Of a DNA stretch of 24,368 nucleotides, positions 17,393 to 24,368 are shown piece by piece. Position numbers and translations under genes: made by a program. The notes under the pieces were generated by a model that was given only the letters and a program-made list of their open reading frames with translations, ran no database searches and had not been told where the DNA came from. The stretch comes from a virus. Lineage: Duplodnaviria > Caudoviricetes. Within the stretch, counting starts at the first letter, position 1. Every line of letters begins with the position of its first letter. The DNA lies in the IMG/VR virus record IMGVR_UViG_3300032219_000422, positions 1 to 24,368 of that record; one strand, given 5' to 3'.

Positions 17393-17441
17393 ACAAGGCC
17401 ACCTCAAAGGGGAGGCAGCCACACCCTTTCCTTGCGGAATC
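17393..17441 (-). promoter_or_regulatory. Structured intergenic RNA element (GNRA hairpin plus possible H-type pseudoknot)
   Basis: UUCC-GCAA-GGAA, then a GGCUGCCUC/GAGGUGGCC 9-bp stem whose loop CCCUUU is complementary to the upstream AAAGGG. Confidence 0.5.
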
Positions 17442-17446
17442 CTGAA

Positions 17447-17488
17447 TTAACGGCGGCACTTACGTCCACTTTTTGTCTTCATGTTCAT
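17447..17488 (-). CDS. Tiny basic peptide, 13 aa
   Basis: MNMKTKSGRKCRR*, with an ATGA overlap to the upstream stop and a GGGAG SD. Confidence 0.45.
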   Translation of the reverse strand: MNMKTKSGRKCRR

Positions 17489-17667
17489 CTTGAACTCCCG
17501 TATTGTTTGCGGTTGGAATCCCGTTGACTCCTTCCGTATGAGGTTTTAAACCCTGTTTGACGCATTGTCAAGTTCGGTGCGGCCTCATTCCTTTTCAGGG
17601 AGGCAGTATCTACCCGTGGTTGGTCAGCCGTAGGCTGTGTCATTCCAGTGCTGTTTGGAGCCATCAT
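17485..17667 (-). CDS. Small basic disordered protein (60 aa)
   Basis: ATGA overlap with the portal stop codon; Arg/Ser/Gln-rich C-terminus. Confidence 0.7.
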   Translation of the reverse strand: MMAPNSTGMTQPTADQPRVDTASLKRNEAAPNLTMRQTGFKTSYGRSQRDSNRKQYGSSR

Positions 17668-19310
17668 CCCACCTTTTTCAAGTCTGGTTTACCTTCTGCC
17701 TTTGGAGGTTGCATTTGTTGCAGTTGCTGCTCCATTGCCTGTTGAGCTTCTTGTTTTTCTTGAGCTTTTTTGAGTCTTTCCAACAATAATTGTTTCATTG
17801 GTGGCTCAATCATGTCAAGCAAGGATTCTTTGTCAATTACGCCAGCTTGGAACAACTCAAACGCCATTTTGCGGCTATCTTCCATAAAGATAGGAGAATT
17901 TGAGTGTGCATCCACTTTCACTACAAAGTCACGGGTGAACTGGTCGGCAATAAATTTTAAGCCATGTGCATCTGTGTAGTGGGTGTTATCGTAAACCTGC
18001 ATACATTTCAGGTACAAGGTAGCCATCTTTTCTAGGCTGTCTTCAATAATGAGCGCACGTTTCTTGGCACGGCTTGAACCCAGACGGGCAAGTTGAGAGG
18101 CATGACCAGAAGAACGAACACCTGCTTCACCACGACCTTGCAAGACAGAAACGATGCCAGATGCTTCTTCAAACATCAGGTCAACTTCACCAATCTCACG
18201 GAATAAATCAGGTGGAATAGTTGGTGCTAACTTCTCGACTTTAGCGTTTGGCATATCGGTTGCAAGCAAACCACCAGCACGATTAAGCGCAAAGTTCTTC
18301 TCATCCAAGATGCCTGTAAAGCCAATCAAAGCGGTAGGTGGGCTGACTTGTTTGGAGAGCAAATCTAAGATTTCCGTCATCCGCTTGTTGCGTAACTGTT
18401 GGAGGTAGATTAGACGCTGAACCTCAGAAGCACCCCAGTAGTAGTCGTACAGGGGATTTGGACAAATTTGGATAAAAGGCAGTTCGCCTTTGAGGAACAT
18501 GCTTTCGCCAGAACGGTCATAGATGATGACGTTAGGGTCGGCTTTGGTTACAACTTGGTAATCTTTTGTCTCGTCATTCCACACCCAAAGTTCAATCATC
18601 TCAATCGTATCTTCTGAGACTTCGGCTTTGTAGGTAGGGTTGCCAGACAGGTCTAAGTTGACGTTACCATACATAGACGGGTTGGTTTGAGAAAGAATAA
18701 TGCGTTGGATGCCACTGGCAATCTCAGTACGTTCATGCTGTGTAGACATGACTCGTTTAACAATAGCATCTCTGTCTGGATGGCTGTACAACCTGTCAAA
18801 CAACTCAGACTTAGTGATGTAGTAGGAGTGAACTAGGGCTTCTTGTCTATCTGTGTATGCACTATCTTCCCGCAACACACCAATACAAGCGGGTTCAACC
18901 ATGTAGGGGTGAATACCATTGTTGATAACGAGTTTGACAAAGGTTGAGTTGTAGCAAAGTGACCAAGTTACTGCGGTTGAGAACACTTGGTCAGCGTTAC
19001 TGTTGAGCCATTCGTCATTCAGAGCTTTGCTCAGAGTTGGAACCTTAATCTGTTCTTGCTCTGGGACAGCCGCACCCGTGTGGATAGAGAACTTGGTCGT
19101 TTCTGCGGAGTACAGGAACGAGGTCAGTTGGTCGATATGCGGGTAAATCTTATTGTAGATAGCGGGTACGTCATCAGGAGCGTTACCAAACAGGTAGTAG
19201 CTACGCAAGGATGAGTAATCGACTTTACGCTGTTCACGGCTGACGAGACATTTTTCTATCAAGTCGAGATAGAACTGTTCTCTAGCAATCGGGTTTTTAG
19301 GAATTCTCAT
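17664..19310 (-). CDS. Portal protein
   Basis: 548 aa. It has YNKIYPHIDQL, PFIQICPNP..YYWGASEVQRLIYLQ, EEASGIVSVLQG and a Gln-rich C-terminal tail. It lies between the terminase and scaffold/capsid genes. Confidence 0.85.
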   Translation of the reverse strand: MRIPKNPIAREQFYLDLIEKCLVSREQRKVDYSSLRSYYLFGNAPDDVPAIYNKIYPHIDQLTSFLYSAETTKFSIHTGAAVPEQEQIKVPTLSKALNDEWLNSNADQVFSTAVTWSLCYNSTFVKLVINNGIHPYMVEPACIGVLREDSAYTDRQEALVHSYYITKSELFDRLYSHPDRDAIVKRVMSTQHERTEIASGIQRIILSQTNPSMYGNVNLDLSGNPTYKAEVSEDTIEMIELWVWNDETKDYQVVTKADPNVIIYDRSGESMFLKGELPFIQICPNPLYDYYWGASEVQRLIYLQQLRNKRMTEILDLLSKQVSPPTALIGFTGILDEKNFALNRAGGLLATDMPNAKVEKLAPTIPPDLFREIGEVDLMFEEASGIVSVLQGRGEAGVRSSGHASQLARLGSSRAKKRALIIEDSLEKMATLYLKCMQVYDNTHYTDAHGLKFIADQFTRDFVVKVDAHSNSPIFMEDSRKMAFELFQAGVIDKESLLDMIEPPMKQLLLERLKKAQEKQEAQQAMEQQLQQMQPPKAEGKPDLKKVG

Positions 19311-19813
19311 CGCTTCACCTGTAAGTTATCTGGGTCTGCCATGTAACTGGCGGTTCTTGGCCCTTGCAGGTCACCCGCTGCTTTGGGATTGATGCCCACG
19401 GATTCTCCATTAACAGACTTAAATTGTCCACCCATGACAGATTTCATGCTGATACCAGCCCCGCCACCCCAGATTACGGAGTCGCCAGGGCGAGCTTGCT
19501 TCTGTTGTTGCTGATTTTGGGCTTGCATAGCATCTGTAGCTTCTGCAAATTGCTTATCAGACAGCTTATTCTTGCGTTTCATGTAGCCAGTCTGGTGTTC
19601 ACCAGCTTTTGTGGACTTGATGTCAGTCATGTCGTACTCAATAGCCAGTTGTTTCAGGTTACTGTCAGTTGCAGAGGTTTTTGCCGACCTTGTACCCACT
19701 GGTTTAAGATGTACAACGGATAATTCACCTTTACAGTGCTTCATGGGGCATTGAGCTTCCCATGCTTCAAAAATACCGTGGTTTGTGCAGTAATAGTCTC
19801 TCAAAATACCCAT
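19307..19813 (-). CDS. Zn-ribbon protein (FmdB-like N-terminus, CxxH...CxxxC variant)
   Basis: MGILRDYYCTNHGIFE....CPMKHC, followed by a low-complexity tail. ATGA-coupled to the portal gene. Confidence 0.6.
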   Translation of the reverse strand: MGILRDYYCTNHGIFEAWEAQCPMKHCKGELSVVHLKPVGTRSAKTSATDSNLKQLAIEYDMTDIKSTKAGEHQTGYMKRKNKLSDKQFAEATDAMQAQNQQQQKQARPGDSVIWGGGAGISMKSVMGGQFKSVNGESVGINPKAAGDLQGPRTASYMADPDNLQVKR

Positions 19814-19815
19814 TT

Positions 19816-20205
19816 TTACCCCCTTAGTGCTTCGTCAAGTGAAATTTCGCTGTAATCGTGCCTGTTTGTCATCCCAACCTTCACTTTGATGCCTTCTGAC
19901 GTTACTTGTAACCCCATTTTTGGCATAAATACGGGCTGAGATTCTTTCCTGTAATCCACATAGCGGGTGTTATCCCGCCTTTTCATGACCTTCACATTCC
20001 CTGCTTTCCACTGTTGGTAGGCTTTACTTACCCTACGTTGGACGTTTTCTGTCAATGGTTCACTGTTGTAGATGAATACATCGTGGAAATGACCATGACT
20101 TATTCCCGCAAGTTCGGCAAAAAGGGCGATAGAGATGCCTCTTTCTTTGTCAGCGTAAAACCGCTGCATGTGTTTTGTCAGTTCACGCTTGCTCAACGGG
20201 GTCAT
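19816..20205 (-). CDS. Helix-turn-helix protein
   Basis: 129 aa. GISIALFAELAGISHGHFHDVF fits a Cro/XRE-like HTH pattern. Confidence 0.55.
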   Translation of the reverse strand: MTPLSKRELTKHMQRFYADKERGISIALFAELAGISHGHFHDVFIYNSEPLTENVQRRVSKAYQQWKAGNVKVMKRRDNTRYVDYRKESQPVFMPKMGLQVTSEGIKVKVGMTNRHDYSEISLDEALRG

Positions 20206-20989
20206 ATCTGTACTCCAATGTGTAGCCTTTGTCCTCTAACCAGTTCAAAAACTGCATTTCTCCGTAAGCGGTAGTCGGGTCAGAGGGAACAACGATGTGG
20301 TTGTCACTTGTCAACTTCCTTGTCTGGGCATGGTGGCCAAGCAAAGAGTCAAAGTTAAAACCTTCTTCATGAAAACCAGAGCCAACGTATTCAATGCTGA
20401 AGTGTTTGGCAATGTCCATAGGGCAATACTTGTATCCATAACTCTCTAGAACGGGTTTCAGAATGGCAGACAACTGAGCATCTTCATTCCACCCATGTAT
20501 CTCATTGCTGTTCAGGTGCATGATGCCGTGCTTGTTACAGGCTTCTAAGAATCGCTTGCTACGTAGAGAGAAACCACCATTCTGAACAACGCTTACAGGT
20601 TCTTCTGCTTTTGTCCACTCAAAATGAAGATAAAGATGACCGTCACCAAAAGCGCAGTGTGAAGGTGCGCCTATGTAATCGTAGTCATAGTATTCAGGTT
20701 TGAAGTTCTTGCCGTTCAACACCCAACCATCATCTTGGACAATCAAGCAAAAGTCTGTTTCTATGTAAGCGTACAGACTGTGCATGGTGAACAGGGAATA
20801 CCCTAAGTAATCTATGGGGTGGCAACGCTTCCACTCTACGCCTTCTGGCATGTTCTCTGGTTTCTCAACAGAGATAAGAAGTCCACGGCTACCAGGCAAC
20901 TCTCGCATAGACCTGACGATGGATGGCAGAGCAGAAGCACCATTGTTGTGTCCATAGACAGACACGATTGTGAGTTGATTGTGGTTCAT
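20183..20989 (-). CDS. DUF5672-like putative glycosyltransferase (GT-A-like)
   Basis: 268 aa. CLIVQDDGWV, YDYIGAP, NGGFSLRSKRFL and NED match my recollection of DUF5672. ATGA-coupled to the terminase stop codon. Confidence 0.7.
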   Translation of the reverse strand: MNHNQLTIVSVYGHNNGASALPSIVRSMRELPGSRGLLISVEKPENMPEGVEWKRCHPIDYLGYSLFTMHSLYAYIETDFCLIVQDDGWVLNGKNFKPEYYDYDYIGAPSHCAFGDGHLYLHFEWTKAEEPVSVVQNGGFSLRSKRFLEACNKHGIMHLNSNEIHGWNEDAQLSAILKPVLESYGYKYCPMDIAKHFSIEYVGSGFHEEGFNFDSLLGHHAQTRKLTSDNHIVVPSDPTTAYGEMQFLNWLEDKGYTLEYRYDPVEQA

Positions 20990-22740
20990 TGACCGTACAT
21001 TCCAATGCGTTTGAGGTAATCGCTGACATTTCTGCCAACAGCAATTTGTTCAGGAGAAAAAGATTCTTGCGCTTCACTCACATTGCGTGAGAGTTTGTGC
21101 GCTATCAAACGGGGTTGAATCTGTTCGGCATAGGCAACTGCGGCAAGGGCAGAGGCAATCACACGGTCATCTTTGCCACGACCAGGTGCGCCCAAGAAGC
21201 CGCCTTCTCGCACAATGCCTTTCATTTCTTCTAGGGTATCCATGCTGAGAATACCCATCATGCCCCGCTCAAAGTAATCTTTCATGTACTGCAACATGCG
21301 TTCTTTACTGTTGGCAGTGGTCAGGTATCCAATACTGTTGGAGAGGCCACCAAGGGTGTCGTTACGCCTCCAGATGTAGTTTGTCATGCTACCTAGTACA
21401 TCCATCAAGTCACGCCCTGTAGCCCCTCCCATAGAGGTTGCCAGACGTTTCAAGTTCCGTAACTCGTTAATCACAGCTTGACCTGGGCCGTTAACCTCAA
21501 GGTTAAGGGTTGAGTTCTTGTATGCGCCAGCAAGGTGAGCAATGACCCACGCAAACTGGTAGGTGTTTAATTCCGAGGTGGCAAACTCAGCAACTTGGTC
21601 AAGCCCATCTGCATAGCATCTGTAGACTTGGATACAGAACCTATCTGCCCAATCAGAACTACCATAGGCGGGGTCAGCACCGATGACGTAATAAGCAGAA
21701 TCAATAGGCTCTTCCCATATCTTGAGAGTACCCAGTCTTTCAGTAGATTTAAGAACCTCTGTATCTTGGAAAAGTTGTCCGAAAGCATATCTGTAGTAGT
21801 CACATTCTGTAGTCTTGCTCTTCTTGGCAGCTTCTGTACAACGAGTGTGCGAGAAGAAGGAGGAGCCTGTCATCACAAAAGCATAGTCCTCAGTGGGTGG
21901 AAACTCTTGATACATCAAGGCATCATCTTTGATACCTTCTGCCATCTTCCACCGCCACCAAGCCATCTGCCGAGAGTTAATCTCAAAGCCGTAAAGCTTC
22001 TTAATATCTTTATGCCATTCCTTTTCTTCCCCTGTTAGTTTGCCATCCCAGTAAACCTTGTAGATGTTGGAGTCAGCGGGGACAGAGTAATACTCATTAC
22101 GCCACCAACCGCAGAAGATGGCACGTTGTGTCTTTGCTCGTTTGGCAGTCTTGTACATGTCGTGGAACATGTTGAAGCCTTGAGCCGTACTCTCAAACAT
22201 GTACAACCGTTCTGAGTTCTTTTCAGCAAGAGAGGCAATCAGGGACGCTAAACCTTCTTCATTTCCCCACGATGCCGTTTCAGTACCGTGTAGGTAAGTG
22301 ATAGCTTTGCCTTGCCCCAGACGAGACTTATTTCCCGCAATTTGGTAGAAGAGCCTCGACCTGTTTTTAAGAACCATCTGGTTTCTGTTGTGGGCAACAA
22401 GCGGAATCTTGTATTCTTTCGGCAATCCTTCCATATACATAGCGAGAGTAGAGCGGAACATGTCTCTGTTCTCTTCTGTATCCGCAACCAACGTGCCTTG
22501 CCACCCAGGATGTGTGAACTGCCAGTAGAGGTCGAGAGCCAAGGAAATAGTTGTGATACCCAACTGCCGACCTTTGAGGATGACAAAGAAGTGAATGTCA
22601 TTGTCCAAACCCTTTTGTATCTCTTCCATGACATAAGTCTGAGTCCCCAAAAGGTTACCCATCTTTTTCAAGCCCTCTTCCTTTGTCTCAATCTTGAGTT
22701 CGGAACAGAACTTGTAAAACTTCTTCAGGTCAAAGTTCAT
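20986..22740 (-). CDS. terL: Terminase large subunit
   Basis: 584 aa from MNFDLKK (ATGA overlap with rmlC). Walker A is ILKGRQLGITT, Walker B-like YLHGTE, coupling motif FESTAQG. RNase H nuclease motifs are VIGADPA, LEVNGPG and DDRVIA. Confidence 0.95.
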   Translation of the reverse strand: MNFDLKKFYKFCSELKIETKEEGLKKMGNLLGTQTYVMEEIQKGLDNDIHFFVILKGRQLGITTISLALDLYWQFTHPGWQGTLVADTEENRDMFRSTLAMYMEGLPKEYKIPLVAHNRNQMVLKNRSRLFYQIAGNKSRLGQGKAITYLHGTETASWGNEEGLASLIASLAEKNSERLYMFESTAQGFNMFHDMYKTAKRAKTQRAIFCGWWRNEYYSVPADSNIYKVYWDGKLTGEEKEWHKDIKKLYGFEINSRQMAWWRWKMAEGIKDDALMYQEFPPTEDYAFVMTGSSFFSHTRCTEAAKKSKTTECDYYRYAFGQLFQDTEVLKSTERLGTLKIWEEPIDSAYYVIGADPAYGSSDWADRFCIQVYRCYADGLDQVAEFATSELNTYQFAWVIAHLAGAYKNSTLNLEVNGPGQAVINELRNLKRLATSMGGATGRDLMDVLGSMTNYIWRRNDTLGGLSNSIGYLTTANSKERMLQYMKDYFERGMMGILSMDTLEEMKGIVREGGFLGAPGRGKDDRVIASALAAVAYAEQIQPRLIAHKLSRNVSEAQESFSPEQIAVGRNVSDYLKRIGMYGQ

Positions 22741-23201
22741 GCTTGTGCATCTTTTTGTGAAAGGATGGGAGAGATAGCTACAGGCCACTCTATGTTGTAT
22801 TTACCCCAACCAAACACTTGTTCTTTGCTCGGTTCATACGGGGCATCTACGATGTATTGCACAACAGCATGGTCTGTCAGTACCAAGTACCCATGTGCAT
22901 ACTGTGGAGGTATCAGCAAGGCTTTAGAGTCATCCAACTCAATCCCAAACCACTTACCAGTCTCAGGCTCCAACACAACATCAAATATGCGTCCCACAAC
23001 AGGCATGACAAACTTTGTCTGGTCTTGGTAGTGCATACCACGCAACACCCCAAACTTGGATGCCGCCACATTCAACTGTCTGTAGTCACCACGCATCTCA
23101 TGTTTAGAGTTCCACATCTCTAGAAAATGACCACGGGTATCCAAATACTTGTAGTTGCTAATTACTTTCACACCAGAAAGAATTTCACCTCTATGTTGCA
23201 T
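22737..23201 (-). CDS. rmlC: dTDP-4-dehydrorhamnose 3,5-epimerase family cupin
   Basis: 154 aa, with DTRGHFLE, GVLRGMHYQ..QTK, GRIFDV, LLIPPQYAHGY, VQY, IEWP and LSQKD. His, Lys and Tyr are present at the catalytic positions. Confidence 0.9.
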   Translation of the reverse strand: MQHRGEILSGVKVISNYKYLDTRGHFLEMWNSKHEMRGDYRQLNVAASKFGVLRGMHYQDQTKFVMPVVGRIFDVVLEPETGKWFGIELDDSKALLIPPQYAHGYLVLTDHAVVQYIVDAPYEPSKEQVFGWGKYNIEWPVAISPILSQKDAQA

Positions 23202-23426
23202 CTACATTTCCTCTAAATTCCAGTGAATGATGTTGCTGGCAATGTTCTTGTTTTTGGCACACGCTATCAATTCCTTGTAATGTGTGGGCGAATACTTCTC
23301 TTTCCATTCCGCAGCCAACTTAATCTTCTGTTTCTTGTTAGTGCAAGACAAGGCTTTGTACATCTCTTGCTGAAACCGAATACGACTCTCCCGTAACGCC
23401 ATCCTCGTATCCAACTCTGTATCCAT
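23202..23426 (-). CDS. Hypothetical basic protein (about 74 aa, start uncertain)
   Basis: Its TAG directly abuts the rmlC ATG. The first ATG gives MDTELD, which overlaps the upstream ORF. Confidence 0.6.
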   Translation of the reverse strand: MDTELDTRMALRESRIRFQQEMYKALSCTNKKQKIKLAAEWKEKYSPTHYKELIACAKNKNIASNIIHWNLEEM

Positions 23427-23553
23427 ACTCCACAGCCTTTTCAACACTTATAGCCATCATGACCATCATCTGCTCTGTACGGGCAAGCCTAGTCAACAGG
23501 TCTGCATACGCATCCCGCAACTCATCCTCACCCATCCAGAACACCTCATTCAC
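23338..23553 (-). CDS. Hypothetical coiled-coil protein (about 71 aa)
   Basis: A likely GTG start overlaps the upstream TGA, with GGAG 6 nt before it. It contains a GYRVGYEDG motif. Confidence 0.55.
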   Translation of the reverse strand: MNEVFWMGEDELRDAYADLLTRLARTEQMMVMMAISVEKAVEYGYRVGYEDGVTGESYSVSARDVQSLVLH

Positions 23554-23771
23554 ATCGTTCTCCATACCCTTACTTGCTCACCCTCTGTCTTGGCAGTAAA
23601 CACCCTTCCCAACCGCTTACCAGCCCTGTAATTGGCATTCAACACCTTCGCCCTTGCCTCTAGCGGAACACAGAAGCTATCCCCCACATCCATGTCCTCA
23701 TACGGGTAGGCATACACAACCCTAGGCTTGGGCATCTGTACTCCACTCTCCATCACTATCTCTGTAATCAT
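23550..23771 (-). CDS. Small conserved phage protein (YPY..MDVGDSF...VRVWR type)
   Basis: 73 aa with RBS GAGGGG, first gene after the promoter. The motif is recalled from a common small phage family. Confidence 0.75.
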   Translation of the reverse strand: MITEIVMESGVQMPKPRVVYAYPYEDMDVGDSFCVPLEARAKVLNANYRAGKRLGRVFTAKTEGEQVRVWRTM

Positions 23772-23795
23772 ATTAACCCCTCTACTGATAACTCC

Positions 23796-23824
23796 ATAGT
23801 ATAGATAAAAAAAAGGTTAGTCAA
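23796..23824 (-). promoter_or_regulatory. Sigma70-type promoter of the morphogenesis operon
   Basis: TTGACT (23819-23824), 17 nt, TACTAT (23796-23801), followed by a short leader carrying an RBS. Confidence 0.7.
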
Positions 23825-23845
23825 GAGATTGAGTCTTGACCAACC
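23807..23845 (-). terminator. Intrinsic terminator
   Basis: GGUUGGUCAAGA-N7-UCUUGACUAACC forms a 12-bp stem (one G-U pair), followed by U8. Confidence 0.75.
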
Positions 23846-23857
23846 AAAGGCAACTGC

Positions 23858-23917
23858 ACACGCATGTGGACTGTTTTAGGAACTACCGTCTAGACAGTAG
23901 CCAACCCACAAACGTGC
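23858..23917 (-). ncRNA. Candidate structured small RNA segment upstream of the terminator
   Basis: An outer stem GCACGUUUGUGG/CCACAUGCGUGU encloses the hairpin GCUACUGU-CUAG-ACGGUAGU. The G-U pairs favour the minus strand. Confidence 0.3.
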
Positions 23918-24159
23918 AACCACAGTCTACCAAAAACATGAAAATTTTTATGGGGGGCGAGAAGTGGGGTGCACGTCTTTTCAGACCCTCAGACCCAAAC
24001 GAGCGGGCAATAGGCTAGCGGCTAACGTGTGCTGTGTGTGGTTATGCCCATACCCAAAATTTAAACGAGTAGCGGGTAACGGGTAAAGGCACACATTCTG
24101 TAGGGTGAGCGGGATGAGTGAACCCCCTTTCTACCCCGATAATCTACCAGGTGAACCGA

Positions 24160-24331
24160 TAGATATACTATCTACTAAACACAATATATATATGATAGAT
24201 AGTCTATAGTCTAACACTAGACTAGACACCAGGGGAATAGAAATAAGTATTCATTGATAAAAGCTAATAGTCTATGGTTTGCAATAGAAATAAATGCGTC
24301 AACGGGCTATTGACAATAGCGTTTATAGTCT
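24160..24331. repeat. AT-rich region with four ATAGTCT copies and short inverted repeats
   Basis: ATAGTCT occurs at 24199, 24206, 24267 and 24325. TAGATA-N3-TATCTA is at 24160-24174 and TAGTCTA-N4-TAGACTA at 24207-24224. Confidence 0.6.
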
Positions 24332-24337
24332 TATAAT
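24306..24337 (+). promoter_or_regulatory. Consensus sigma70 promoter firing rightward (divergent, probably early)
   Basis: TTGACA (24310-24315), 16 nt, TATAAT (24332-24337). The palindrome GCTATTG-A-CAATAGC is centred on the -35. The hairpin CTGTCTA-ATCA-TAGACAG at 24345-24362 lies at the predicted transcript start. Confidence 0.75.
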
Positions 24338-24368
24338 TTAATCACTGTCTAATCATAGACAGCAACAC

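Noticed and set aside
17393-17441. Assigning the RNA element to a hammerhead, HDV-like or known riboswitch class
   Set aside because: It lacks the CUGANGA core of hammerheads, and I could not map a convincing HDV-like nested double pseudoknot. It is left unassigned.
20889-22634. Alternative-frame minus-strand ORFs within terL (and similar ones at 9944..10231 and 15221..15574)
   Set aside because: They are nested in clear genes, with no motifs or frameshift signals noticed.
22741-22788. 16-aa N-terminal extension of the terminase
   Set aside because: It lies inside rmlC. The ATGA-coupled start at 22740 is more plausible.
50-23123. Numerous plus-strand ORFs of 60-239 aa in the ORF track
   Set aside because: All are antisense shadows of well-supported minus-strand genes and show no recognisable motifs.
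23883-23939. 18-aa ORF MFLVDCGCTFVGWLLSRR on the minus strand
   Set aside because: No SD upstream. It cannot be distinguished from chance, though a leader peptide is not excluded.
23836-24018. 60-aa plus-strand ORF in the control region
   Set aside because: TTG start inside the terminator stem, no RBS and no protein-like features.
24274-24302. Minus-strand promoter from TTGACG
   Set aside because: The hexamer at 17-nt spacing (AACCAT) is a poor -10.
1-24368. CRISPR array, tRNA, integrase/transposase, intron or intein, diversity-generating retroelement, endolysin
   Set aside because: I saw no spaced repeats, cloverleaf, recombinase or reverse transcriptase motifs, interrupted core genes or lysin motifs. 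This was by eye only, so a scan could still find weak cases.

Overview
This window is the virion-morphogenesis half of a tailed dsDNA phage genome. The gene order is podovirus-like (P22/T7-style), with no tail tube, sheath or tape measure visible. Almost every real gene is on the minus strand, tightly packed with ATGA/TAAATG coupling, and reads leftward from a sigma70-type promoter at about 23.8 kb. The order is: three small genes, rmlC (dTDP-sugar epimerase), terminase large subunit, a DUF5672-like putative glycosyltransferase, an HTH protein, a Zn-ribbon protein, portal, tiny basic peptides around a structured RNA element, scaffold, major capsid, two decoration-like proteins, adaptor, nozzle, fibre, LamG/SPRY lectin-like protein, chaperone, a small membrane protein, four ejection (internal virion)-like proteins and two small basic proteins. 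The right end is non-coding, with a terminator, a possible small RNA, repeats and a divergent consensus promoter. The leading candidates for something new are: (1) a possible virion-glycosylation module coupled to the terminase, together with a sequon-rich fibre; (2) TonB-box-like motifs in a membrane-inserting ejection protein that also carries an in-frame TGA; (3) a pseudoknot-forming element ahead of an unannotated protamine-like peptide; (4) a zincin domain in the last ejection protein. All family calls come from reading motifs by eye; no database search or folding program was run.
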